DNA of 64,000 nt from Geosiphon pyriformis uo1 (GCA_016748015.1 JAAOMT010000134.1:130757-194756); one strand, 5' to 3'. Counted from the stretch's first letter, positions 26,748-40,129 are shown. Translations and numbers: made by a program. Notes: generated by a model not told the origin, from the sequence alone.

Positions 26748-26809
26748 TTTGGTGCTCTTTGTAAGGTATAATCCTACAGAGAACTAGCATCAACAACACC
26801 AAACCAAAA

Positions 26810-29800
26810 GTGGCAGAATCAGAAATAATAGGGACAAACCATTTAGGATTTGTGAAATTCTTATTTTAACAGTACAGCCAGCAGCTAGGCCTAAACAACA
26901 ACCATTACCTAGCAGAATCAGCTTTCAACTTCTACATCAATGAAAGAATCACAGATTTCCTAGGAAGACCAGTTGATATTGAATCAACAAGAGAAAATTT
27001 CTATTTGGAATTAATCCAACACACCAACTTACCAAGAAATCACAGCTTTGCACCTATCATCAGAGAAATCAACCAAGAAATTGAAAGATATACACAAAAG
27101 ACATTCCCTATTACTTACTAGGACAAAGGCAAAGGAAAACTACAGACACCAGCAGTAACACCTAAAGGAATACAAATTCCTAACTGGAAGAAACAAAGAA
27201 TTGAATCTTCAATATATTCATCATACTATCATATGTCTGGAAGTATCATCAACATCACATCAGCAGATGCATCTACCAATACAAAGACACCGCTAGCAAA
27301 AATCACGTTTTAGAGTAAACAAAAGAAAAACAAACTATTAGGAGCATATGGTAATTATTTTGAAGGATTTAAATCGAGATCACCAACACCATCAGGATTT
27401 TGATCACTGTTTCATCAGCCAGATTTTGGAACTGTCAGTCCTTGAGAAATTACTGAATCAGAAGAAAAAGAAAATGAAGATCAGGAATTTAATTACCAAA
27501 ACCCAATCCTAGAAAACCTGAACATTCAAACTCAGCAACATTTAGAAAATTTGGAAATCAAAACTCCGAATATTCAAACCCCGCCAAATCAAAGAAATCA
27601 AAACTCCGAGTTAATTCATCAGCAAAACCTACCTCCAGTTATTGTCATCGATTAATCATCAATTGAGCCGATTGGTGAGCCAATTTAACCACTTCAAGTA
27701 CTACTTCAACAACCATTACCTCTTTAACAACCACTTCAACAGCCACCACAACCACTCAACTTAGATCCAATGGTCTATGCACCAATTGCAAAACTTGACA
27801 ACTTTACCGGTGAAGAAAACAACACTCAAGTATGGCTGAATGATGTAGAAAAGGCCATCACAGCCAATGGATGGAATGACACCCGAGCAATGCAAGCCAT
27901 TTCCTACTTTCTCAAGAATACCGCCAATTTATGGTACCAGAGCTTGATTAATAAACCACAAAATTTCAATGCCTTCAAAGTGGAATTCCTAAGATATTTT
28001 AGCAACAATAACAGCATTAATCACCTAGTCAACATGTTCACTACCATAAAACAAGAAGAAACTGAAGCAGTCACCACTTACCTGGGACGCTTCCATCAAA
28101 ATCTGTGCCAAATTCAAGCAATTGACACCAACTATTTCACAGCACCACAGATCTTCAACCAGTTTATCCGTGGCCTGCACAGCAGCATCTTGCAACATGT
28201 ATATCCATTGCATTCAGACACACTTTAAGATGTAGTCACACATGCCAGAGATTTTGAATTTACTGAGTTAGAGGCCAACCACACCCAAGCCATTAATCTA
28301 GTAATAAATGGATCATCTGAATTAGATTCCAAATTGGAGAAGTTCAGTAAATCAATTAATAAGAGATTAGAAGGATACTTAGCTGACAATCACGCCATTT
28401 ATCAGTCTCACAACAATGCAATAATCAAGGAAACTCTAATTATGGCCAAAATCAACCATGTTTATCTTCATTGACCAATCAACAGTGACAACAGAAAACA
28501 TGTATCTGTCACTATTGTGATAAACAAAAACATATTCAACTTGACTGCCACCAGCATTTAAATAACCAACAATCAGAAAATTAATATTGAAACCCCGATC
28601 ACTGGTTCTCAACTCCAAATCATCAATCAAACTCAACACAATATCAAACCACTTACCTACCAATGATGCAGCAACCAATCTATCAACCACCAGTATATCA
28701 ACTTCTAGTTTATCAAAACCCAACAATTTATTCACTGCAGTCACAAGTAATCTATTAGCTGCCTTAAGTGATCTATCAACTCCAACCAATTCAAACACCA
28801 CCCCAAAAACTCAGCTACTATAACATTAGAAAACCTAAGACCTAGAATTACTCAAAACTGGAGATCGGCAATAGTAGTTCACCAACCAATCTCCAGTTTA
28901 TCAAACCAGCAAATAGGATTTTGGCAGCAGAATTTGGGTACCAGTACCACCCAAAACCCAAATTCTCAACACTATTTAAGTTTCCTGGTCACCCCAGAAG
29001 ACGCCACATCCAGCAACTTGGAATCCAACCAACAAACAACACTTACCAACAACATCCCACCAGCAACTGTCACCAATAATGAATCATTAGCAGCCATCTT
29101 TCCTTTTGAACTTGAAGAGCCATTCCAATTACCACTATTCAGTAGAGCCACCCTCAAAGAAAAACCCATCACAGTGATGTACACTGATGTGAAAGTAGAT
29201 AGACACCCTATTAAATTCATCCTTGATAGTGGTTCAGCAAGCAGCATTATCACCAAGCAACTCATGGATCAATTAAGTCGCCGAGTTGATCGAACTGTTA
29301 GTGCTAGAATCATTACTGCAGATGGCACCACAAGAATGCCTATTGGCAAAATTAATGACTTTCCAATTGAAGTTAATGGCATTGTCACCCCCATTAAGGT
29401 CTTGGTGATAAAAGCAACTCAGTACCAAGCACTAGTTGGTAATGATTGGCTAGTTAAAACCAATGCTGTGCTTGACTGGACCACACAAGAACTCCAGCTT
29501 AGTCAAAATGGACAACACACACGAGTACCAATCATGTGTGGTCACTTCAAGACCACCAACTTGTCAGCACCACTAATTGACTTTGAAGAACAGACAAAAC
29601 CTATTTGGGAAGCCTACCAAGTCTTATGGGCCAATCCAGACCACAATGAACTGCTGCCGATACTCTCATGGAATGACAACTCCAAGGAAAAGCAAAAAGA
29701 GGAACTGATCTGGGAGACAGATGATTTGACCAGGACCGACAATGAACAAAAAAAACCATCGAATTGGGAGTGGAAAGAAGAAAAGGGAAAAGGGAAAAAG

Positions 29801-32800
29801 AGGGAGGAAGAAAACACTCAAGCCAACAACACTTATATCCCATACACCTACGGTTAACAACAATCATCAACCTATCACCAACCCAAATTGATATGCATTG
29901 ATTGTGGCAAGAAATTGTCGTCAATGGGTGCATGCTGTGGCGATGACGAAGAATATCAGACAGCAACCAAGTTCTATTGCTGCGCATGCCTTGTCAAATG
30001 TTTTGAAAGACCAAAACAAGTGGGAAAATGGGATAATACACCATGTCTAATCTGTGGAGAAATTCTCTTTGATGAAGGAATGTGGAATAACATTCCTGGG
30101 AGAGGAGAAATGTGCAACGTTTTCTGCCAATACACGATCCTTATCAGCGACTGGGTCGAAAAAGGGACACCAATAGAAGCTGCCTAGAAAAGAACTGTAC
30201 AGTGATTGGACAGTTGTCTACACGACAACAATAAATTATGGCAAATGACAATCGCCAAAATTGAAGGCACATCGTCAGAAGAAATCAAGACAATTAAAAA
30301 CAACCCACCAGAACCCATCAAGCTTGACTGGGACATAGAGCCAGTTATAAATTTTCTGGAACCAGAAGAGTTCCATGAGCACTACCAAAACTTGGCATCC
30401 ACTAGAGAGGAGCAAAAACAATGGTTAGCACAGTTGAATACAAGACTGTGTTGCCATTGTTTAATTCCCAGTGACTTTGAATATTGTGACAATTGTGACC
30501 TTATTTACAATCCATTACCATGCATGATCTACACAATCCCCGAAAAGGAAGAACCAATCAGCAGCTGCACATTGGAGTCAGAATCACCGTTCAATCCCAA
30601 TTCAAACTCTGACAATGATGACGACAAGAATAACAGTTTTAGCTTCGTTCAAAATGGCAATGACTCCAACTCAGATTCAAACCCCAATTCAAACCGCGAA
30701 CAATATATTACACTTCCTGACCTCTTCAAAGAACAAGAGCTCAAATGGTTTAATCATAATGGTAAAGGTATCATGCCAGAACGCGTGCATGATATGAATG
30801 CAGGATTTGATCTAAGATATTCAGAAAAAGATGCCATCAAATTGGAACCAAACGTGTGAGTATGCATTGATTTGAAAATAGCTCTAGAGATTCCAGCAAC
30901 AACCATAGTTCTTTTAGCATCTAGGAATAGTTTAGCAAAGAAGGGGATTAATATTAGAGAGGGAATAGTAGATGCAGGATATACAGGAAATATCAGCACT
31001 ATGCTACAAAATAACTCAGAAAAGGCCTATACAATTGAGCCAAATAAAAAGATAGTACAGGCTATATTCCTGTCATTAGTCAAAATAGCCAGCTTAGTAG
31101 AAGTGGGAACAAAGGAAGAATTGGAAATAACAGCAAGAGGGATACAGGGATTTGGGTCAACGGGTAAAATAGAAGTACTAGTTAATATGGCAGAGGAAGA
31201 AATTGTTGGCCAAGAAGAAATTATTTCAACCAGTCAAGCTATTTCTATTCCACCATATAGCCAGTACATGGTAGCAATAGAAAGAAAGGAAAAAGAGCAA
31301 GAACAGATTTTTGAAGCTGAAGCAAACCTTTGTAAATTAGGAGAAATTGGACTGATCAATCTCCATATACCAGCCAAGAACTATAGCTGCATAAAAATTC
31401 CCATCTACAATCACACTGGCAAAGTCATCAACATACCAAAAAAAACCACCATTGGATATTTAACCACCGAAGTTGAAAATCAACTACCAAACCACATTCC
31501 AGATTTTCCACAGCTTTGCAGATATGTGGATATTACATCACAAATCATCTATGAAAGAAGTAAATGTTATCTGCTCCAACCAGAACAATTAGAACAAATG
31601 AACATGGGAAATCTAGATCCACTTCAACAAATGCAACTCAAGATGTTGCTTAACAATTTTAATGACATCTTTGCCAGCGAAAATGAATTTGGCTGAACCA
31701 ATATCATCCAGCATCAGATCAAAACTGGAGATGCAATGCCAATAAAACAAAAAGCATACAGAGTACCACCAGCTAGCCATGAGATCATTCATCAAGAAAT
31801 TAACCGAATGCTTGACAATGGGCTAATTCAGCCATCAATGAGTCCATGGTCATCACCAGTGGTACTGGTCTGTAAGAAAAATAGGAAAATTCGTTTTTGT
31901 GTAGACTACTGAAAACTGAATGGAGTAACAAAAAGTGATAACTATCTAACTCCAAAAATCCAAGAACTATTTGATGCTTTTGGAGGAAATAAATGGTTCT
32001 CAATACTAGACTTAGATAATAGTTACTGGCAAATAACCATAGATCCAGCCAACAAAGAAAAAACAGCATATATCATAAGAAAAGAAAATTTTGAGTTTGA
32101 AGTCATGCTATTTGGCTTAATGAATGCTCCAGCAACATTCCAACAGCTTATGGAAATTGTCTATACTGGATTACTATGAAAATCAGTAGTTGTATACTTG
32201 GATGACACCAATATGTTCTCAAAAACATTTGATGATTATTTGCATCATCTCTAACAAATATTTGAAAGGTTAAGAAAAGCTGGATTGAAGCTAAATGCAA
32301 CTAAATACTTCTTTGGAAAAACTGAACTCAAGTTTTTGGAACATGTGGTGAGCAAAAATGAAATCAAAACAGATTCAGACAAGATTGAAGTAGTTAAGAA
32401 CTTTCCAGTACCAACCAATTTGTCAGAACTAAGGGCATTTTTGGGATTTGCAGGTTACTATTGCCACTTCATCAAGGACTTTTTTAAATTAGCTCAGCCA
32501 CTTCACCATCTACAAACCAAGAATGTGAAGTATGAATAGACTGAAGCTCAACAAAAAGCATTTGACACATTGAGAAGAAAGCTTATTCAAGCTCCAGTAT
32601 TGATGTATCCAGATTACAACAAACCATTCATCATTACTACTGATGCATCAGGTCAAACATTGGGAACAGTACTATTACAGAAAGAACCTGATGGAAGAGA
32701 GCATTCAGTAGCTTATGTCAATAGAAGTTTAAGCCCAGCAAAAAAGAACTATAGAACTCCAGCACTAAAACACTTAGCAATCTATTGGGCTGTTATCAAA

Positions 32801-32999
32801 TAGAGAAAATACTTGAGCCAAAAAATTTGAAATATATACGGATTACAAAGGATTGACTTTAATTCAGAAACAAAAATTTGCAGACAATTGCCATGCCAGA
32901 TGGAAAATAGAACTTTTACCATTTAACTATACAGTACATTACAAAAAAAGAAAAAACAATGAAAATGTTGATGGTTTGTCGTGAATAAGACAAATATAA
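26810..32999 (+). pseudogene. Gag-PR-Cys-rich-dUTPase-RT-RNase H polyprotein (element G)
   Basis: MVYAPIAKLDNFTGEE capsid region, CHYC..H..C knuckle near 28507, FILDSGS, dUTPase, SPWSSPVV, VVYLDD, TDASG. Confidence 0.92.
30775..31165 (+). pseudogene. dUTPase domain in the G polyprotein
   Basis: AGFDL, SRNSLAKKG, GIVDAGYTGNI, KIVQ, RGIQGFGSTG. Confidence 0.9.
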
Positions 33000-33096
33000 A
33001 AACATTTCAACCCAAAAATATAACAAAACAAAACCAAACCAAAACCAATAAAAATATAACAAAACCAAACCAAAACCAATGAAAATATAACAAAAA

Positions 33097-34473
33097 ATGA
33101 ACACACAAAAATACCAACAGCTTCAACACTATATAAATACCCAACAGTTCAAGGAGAAGTTATCTCAAAAGGAATGAAATAACATCAAACAACAATCAAA
33201 ATATTTTATCAATCATCAAAATATACTTTACTGAAAGAATAGACAAAATCCAGATCAACTAACCAGGGTAATTACAGAACCAGAAAAAGAAACAATACTG
33301 TTCAACATGCATTCAGATTCAATAGCAGGACATTTCCACAAAGAAGCAATCATGAAAAAAACCAGAAAAAGATACTATTGGCCATCAATATATCCAGATA
33401 TCATCTAATATGTTCAAAATTGTAATGCTTGTCAAAGAAGAGGAGGAAAAAAACCCAGTGAGTCTTTAAAACCAATCAAAGTGGGACAACCATTTGATTA
33501 CATTGGAATTGATTTAGTCAGACCATTAACAATTACCAGCAGAAGAAATAGATATATTGCAGTAGCCATGGACTATCTCACTAAATGGCCAGAAGCAAAA
33601 CCAATTCAAAGAGCAGATACAGAATTCATTGCCGAATTCATTCATCAAGACTTGATTTGTCGACATAGATGTCCAAAAGAATTATTATCAGACCAAGAAA
33701 CTCACTTTGTGAACAGAACACTAGCAGAATTGAGCCAAAAATTCGAAATTAAAAAACCACTATCATTACTATATCATTCACAAACAAACGGTTTAGTTGA
33801 AAGATTTAATAGAACATTGTATGAAGCAATCACCAAACTCAGCCAAGAAAACCAGGACAAATGGGATTTGTTCATACTATCAGTACTATTTGCTTATTGA
33901 ACAATGAAACAAGATACTATACAAGCAACACTATTTGAATTAGTATATAGTAAAACAGCAACAATACCAGTTGAGATAGAAGTTAACACATATCTAACTG
34001 AACCAATAACAAAAGAGAATTTCCAGGAAACACTGTTGAGAAGGACATATGACTTAATAGAAACACTGGAAAACAAACAAAGAAGAGCAGCTGATAACAT
34101 TCAAAAATCACAAAAGAAACAGAAAGAAAGACATGATAGTCAACTATCAGACAAACCAGTTGAATTCAAGATCAGAGACAAAGTACTTTTACATCATACC
34201 AAAGCAAAAAAACAATGGAGTGGAAAATTTGACTTCAAATGGAACGGACCATTTCACATAGAAGAAATTCTAGAAAATGGAGCTTATAAATTAAGATTGA
34301 ACAGCAAAATCTTAACAAAAGCAGCACATGGAAATTGACTGAAACTATATTACAATATAGTATTACCATCTACTAGTAACATTCCACAATTGGGAGTACA
34401 GAGACTATTAGTCAAACCAGACAAGATTCCACGAGATTTAGAACCAATTGTCATTATCAACACAAACATGTAA
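33097..34473 (+). pseudogene. Integrase (element G), separate ORF
   Basis: MNTQKYQQLQHY start; GIDLV, DYLTKWPEA, NGLVERFNRTL, KWNGPF. Confidence 0.92.
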
Positions 34474-34534
34474 AAGTGATCGACCAAAAAGAATATATAA
34501 AGACATGATAGATGCAACAAAAGATATCAGAAAA

Positions 34535-35182
34535 ATGGAGATTACTAATAACATCTACTTACTAGCACAACAACTATTCAAACTGATTCAACAACAGAAT
34601 ATAGAAATTACTATCAATCAACAAACCTTTCAATACCGAAATACCAGAAAGATACCCAAATATGAAAATAAAAAGAAAACAGAAAACACCATTGACAAAA
34701 TGGTTCTAAAAATAAAATTAGCAATTAAGGAACCAACAAGTGTCACCACATATCAAGAGTTGACCAAAGAAACATGGAAATGGTGGATACACGAATTTCC
34801 AAAAAACTTCTGTTACTTCCACTTGGGATGACACTTGAACATTCAAAACTTATATATAGATAAAACAAAACAATTATTCAACACAGCAATACTGCAACAA
34901 CTAGAACAATTTATGGGAAAGAACAATTTGACCACACAAGCAAGAGCCATCTATTGGCTACATATGGGATTTCAAGACAGACTGGAAATCTTACTCAATT
35001 TGGAATTGGACTCCATTACAATTAACCAAATGGGAAAAATAACCAACACCCAATTTGAAGAATTGCAGAATCAGATAGCTCAAATAATTCTTGAAAGAGA
35101 AGTTCAAGAAATACTCAACGACAAAAAATTAGAGTTAAGAAATTTAAGAGATTTGAGAGATCTTGATGGAGCTCAATATTAA
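34535..35182 (+). pseudogene. ORF3 variant b, element G (one internal TGA)
   Basis: Track ORFs 34448-34831 and 34835-35182 are in one frame; MEITNNIYLLAQQLF...DLDGAQY*. Confidence 0.8.
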
Positions 35183-35195
35183 AAGGAGGGAATAA

Positions 35196-36053
35196 TGTTA
35201 CTCATAGAATATAGAAAATATATTAGCACATGAAATAGCCAATCAGAGGTAGCTATAATAAATGTGGAATTCCAGGATTCCTCTCAAGAGGAATTTCAGG
35301 ATTCTCCGGGTGAGGAATCACAGGATTCCAGAATTCCAGGATTTCTCTCAAAAAAAATTGCAGAATTCCAGGAATTCCAGGATTTCTGAGGTGAAGAATT
35401 GAGGAATTAAGGAATCTCAATTATGTATATATAGCAGTAGTGTTAGAAGTAGAAAAGGCAAAATCTTTAGTTAGAAAATCTCTCCGTTTAGATTTTATCT
35501 AAGCAACTTTCCAAATCACAAATATTAATAAATAATTATTCACTATCTCAATCCACTCTCTACTATCAACACTTCATGTTGATAGTAATTGATACTTAAC
35601 CACACTAGAACAATAGCTCTTGATCACAGCTATTGACAGGATACTAACTTGCAATTGCTTTTTGTTAATTTCTTTATCTTCTTTTATTTTCTATATTTTT
35701 TTTGTTATTTCTTTGGTTTTACTAAAATTGATTAAAGATTAAGCGCTGAGATACAGACATTATAGGAACTAGTAAAAAACCTGTGAAACAAGGATAGAAC
35801 ACTCATAGATTTGAAGATAGCTTACCAGAAAGATTACCGGCCACCATGCTGAGAAAGAAATTTGACAAAACTGTGGTTTCAGAAAGCTATGAATAAAACC
35901 ATCAATTAAATCTCTGTCTATTATACAAAGGACTCAACTCTAAAAATCTTCGGATACAACCAACGTACTAGTGTCACCATTCTTGTCAAGATATTGAGCA
36001 CCAAGTTATGGATTTGTTATTTGATTTAAGACTCCAAATAATCATCTGTAACA
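35196..36053 (+). repeat. 3' LTR of G
   Basis: tgttac...gtaaca; GGAATTCCAGG array at about 35265-35415. Confidence 0.92.
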
Positions 36054-39000
36054 GTGGCTATCTTCAAGACTCTCTTGTTACTTAGTTCTCACAAGAAACT
36101 GATACTGGTGCTTACCAAAGAATCATTAGATGGACACCAACAAATGCTGGAGAAAAAAACACCTCTTTCACAACCCAGTTTGAAACTAAATTTAAAACTC
36201 TCATTTTAATCTCAAAATGGCATATGAAATTAGAAAAAAAAACTCAAGACTCTGGTGAAGTTGTGACTGAATATGCCAAAGCCATTAGAAAACTAATTAA
36301 ACAAGTAGACTCTAAAAAAAACTGGACAGAAAAACAGAAAATTCATTCCTTTACAAAAAGATTGAAAACTGATCTCTCATATGCTTTTTGGCTCTGAAAA
36401 ACAATCTCACAATAAATATGGCCATTGAACTAACCCAACAAATTGAAAACAATTAAAGAATGCATCTGAGATCCACACTTCTAGTTTTTGCTCCTGCTTC
36501 TGTTATGGCCTCTGCTCCTCAAATGGCTGCTACCTTTTTTGCTGCCTAAATTCAAAACCCAAATAAACAATTGATAGACAGACTTACAGTTAATTTTGTC
36601 TGGTTACTGGAATCTTTAATCTAAGCAGTCAGAGATAATTAGCAACCACAAAGAACCAGATTTGAGTTCTATTTTAATCAGCCTTAGCAACCCCCTTATC
36701 AAAGACAGCAAAATCATGGCCCACTTGTATGCTATTGCTGTGAATTGACTGGACACTTTTTTAGAGATTGCAACAATCTTCCATTGCCTCTTTCAGTTCC
36801 TAAAAACAATAACAATTAAAACAACAGAACTATCAACAACAATATTCCCAATCAAAGATCCAATTATGCCAACATCAATTTCTTTGGAAAAAATTCCCTA
36901 GTTGAAGCTACTGTTTATCAGTTTTTAAACTGATAGGCACACCTCCAAAGGGTGAAAGTGCAAGCCAACCAGAAAAAAACCCTTTTTATGCCTTTAACCT
37001 AACTAATAATGACCATGATATGGATAAACTGGCAATTAACACTTCTGACTTAACAAAAAAAAAGAAAAAAACCAAAGTTAATTTCATTTTAGATCCCAAC
37101 AAAGCCTCAACTTTTACTGCTAATAACAATAAGCCACCAAAGATTAAAGTTTTTAAGAATTCTCCAAAGTTGGAACCACTAAAAATTGTACAAAAATCTG
37201 GACCCTATTCTGTTGTTAAAGATCTCATAGAAACCCCAGCATATATTACATTTGGCCAACTAATGACTCATCTACAGTTTAGAAAAGATTTTTACAAATT
37301 ATTGATACCAAAAAAAAAACACCAAAGACTAACAAATGCCTCTGCCAAGCTGGACTTGCTAACAACAGCAATATTACTTCTTTAATTTGCAAAGCCCAAG
37401 TAGCTGGTTACTTTATTGATCTAATTTTAGACAGTAGATCATTTATTAGCATCATAGCCAAACATTTTTTTGAAGCAATTGGCAGAAAAATTAATGAATT
37501 TTCAACTAGACCAATAATTAATATACATAATAACAAAAAAAAAGATCTAAACATAGCCAAAGCTGTTTCTGTTTACATCAATGGTATCAGCATTGAAACT
37601 GACATAGAAGTATCTAAAGCAAAAAAGTACACCATAATTGTTGGCAATAAGTGGCTCAAGAAAGCCAAAGTATTACTTGACTATAAACTTTGTAAGCTAA
37701 CCATTAGATGTGGTAAAAAGCCTATTGTGATTAAGTACCATCATTGGACAACTCCCCCAGTATTCAAGCAAAACCAAGAAGAAAAACAATCAGATGAATC
37801 AAATAATAATGAGAGTAATGATGAAGAAGATCAAAAAGAACAAAAAGAAACTACTGAACTCACCTATACTATTTTCACCAGCAATAACAAGCCACTGAAC
37901 AATATTAAAGCTGATAAAGAAAAAATCATGGTAAATGGCAAGTTGATCTGCTGGCCCTATTATGATATTCTTAGAAGAATCTTTAATGAAAAACCTGGCA
38001 AGAAAGCCAAATACAGTTATTGATAATATAGTTCTTGTGCCAGATGCTGGTGCAATAAACTTTTGTATTCTTCTAATGATAAATGCAAGTCCTGTCTAAT
38101 TTATTACAAAGATTGGAAGTCAATTAGTTTGATACCCAGAAAAGAACTAAAAAAAATACAGAAGTCCTTTGAGAATGAACCACCTGAAATCCAATCACTA
38201 GTTGTAGAACAAAAAAAATCTTCTTCTAAAGAAAAAAAAATGGACATTGAAAACTTGTTGGCTAGAAATAGCCCAGTTATTTCAAAAAAAGGTGACACTC
38301 CTGGATGAACTCATGTGATACAACACACTATTACCACAAAAGAAACTCATTCTATCTATTTAAAGCCTTATCAATTCAATTAACAAAATGATGAATTCAT
38401 CAAGAAAGAGATAAACTGAATGAAAAATCTTAGATTTATACAAGAAACCAATAGTAAATAGGCTTTTCCAGTTGTAGTGATATCCAAGAAAGATAGAACT
38501 CTATGCTTCTGTGTTAATTACTGCCAATTAAATGCCATCACTATAAGAGACATATATTCACTCTCCAAATTGATGCAATGCTAAATAAATTCAATAATGC
38601 TGCTTTCTTCTTAACTATTAACTTAATTGCTGAATTCTGACAAGTAGAAATGGATCTAGAAAGCAGAAAAAAAACTGTTTTCATTACCAAGTATGGCACT
38701 TATGAATTTACAGTTATGCCTTTTGGTCTTATCAATACCCTTCTCATCTTTCAATGCCTAATGGACAAAGTGTTTGAATCAGTAAAAAAAAACTTTATTC
38801 TGGTTTACTTAGACAATATAATAATATATTCAAAAACCTGAGATAAACATTTTGAACACTTGCAAAAAGTTTTTGACCTGCTCAGAAATGCTGGCCTCAA
38901 AATCAACCCAATTAAATCTTTCTTTGAACATTAATTTATTCAGTTTCTTGGTTATCTTATTACAAAAGATAGAATCTTTTCTGATCCAGCTAAAATTGAA

Positions 39001-39612
39001 AAAGTCCAGAACATTAGACAACCAATGAATGTTTCTGAACTATATTCTTTCCTTGGTTTGGCTTCTTACTATCACAAATTTATTAAAGATTTCTCCAAAA
39101 TTGCCTTCCCTCTTAATCAGCTACTCAGGAAAAATGTCAAATACCATTGGGGCACTTATCAACAAAAAGCTTTCAAAATTTTAAAAGAAAAACTTGTTAC
39201 TGAACCAATCCTTAAGCAACCTAATTTGGACCAACTTTTTATCCTTTACACTGATATATCTGACTATGGACTTGGTACTGTTTTCTCACAAAAAAATGAA
39301 AATAGCAGGGAACATGCTATAGCATATGCCAATAGATCCTTTACACCAGCAAAAAAGAACTATTCAATAACTAAACAAGAATGCTTAGTAGTAGTTTGGA
39401 CTACTAATTACTGGAATCAATATCTTTTTGGTGTGAAATTCTTAGTGTTAACAGATCATTAAGTCTTGGTTTGGCTGTACAATAAAAAAAAGCTGGAACA
39501 CAAACAAATAACTCACTAGATACTTCATTTGAATAAATTTGACTATAATATTCAATACTACAAAAGAGCAAATCATCAAAATGTTGATGTTCTTTTTAGA
39601 TTTACTATTTAG
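36054..39612 (+). pseudogene. Gag-PR-RT-RNase H (element H), heavily decayed
   Basis: VMPFGL, LVYLDN, FLGLASYY, LYTDISDYGLG, KQECL, LTDH. Confidence 0.85.
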
Positions 39613-39680
39613 TAATAGTACAAGCTTCTTCAACCAACCCACCTTAATTATTAGTAACTCTCCTTTTGACAAACATAATA

Positions 39681-40129
39681 ATAGACTTGGACAACTACTC
39701 TGTCTTAATAGAATTTTTAGGTAAAAGACAATACTTACCAGAATACACTTAACAACAAAGAGAACATTTGTGTAAACAATCAAATTTCTATTTAATCCAC
39801 CAGAACTAATTATATAAAAGAAACAAAAAAGATTCTGACTGTCTTCAGAGAGTCATCAAATTTAAAAAAAGAAAAATTGTAATATACAACATATACACTA
39901 ACCCATTAGCTAGACACTTTGAAAAAACAAAAACAATTCAAAAAACTTTAGCTCACTATTATTGGCCTACCTTAAGAAAGAACATTGCTAAATACATCAA
40001 AACCTGTAACATCTGCCAAAAAAGAGGCAAACCCAATTGCAAAAAAGATATTCATTCAATTTCTGTTGGTTAATTATTTAACAGAATTGGTATAGATATT
40101 GTTAAATCTTTAACAATAATTCTTGATGG
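39681..40129 (+). pseudogene. Integrase 5' part (element H)
   Basis: YYWPTL, TCNICQ, RIGIDIV. Confidence 0.8.

Larger units (their letters stand above)
25915..36053 (+). mobile_element. Element G: structurally complete family-1 element, probably a recombinant (no TSD, divergent LTRs)
   Basis: LTRs 25915-26747 and 35196-36053, PBS 26748-26765, PPT aaaaggaggg 35181-35190; flanks are tcag and gtgg. Confidence 0.9.

Noticed and set aside
24049-40129. Inversion of the spacer between F and I as the cause of LTR asymmetry
   Set aside because: Both TSDs and host frames are intact, and an inversion would not give 2 units in both 5' LTRs and 3 in both 3' LTRs.
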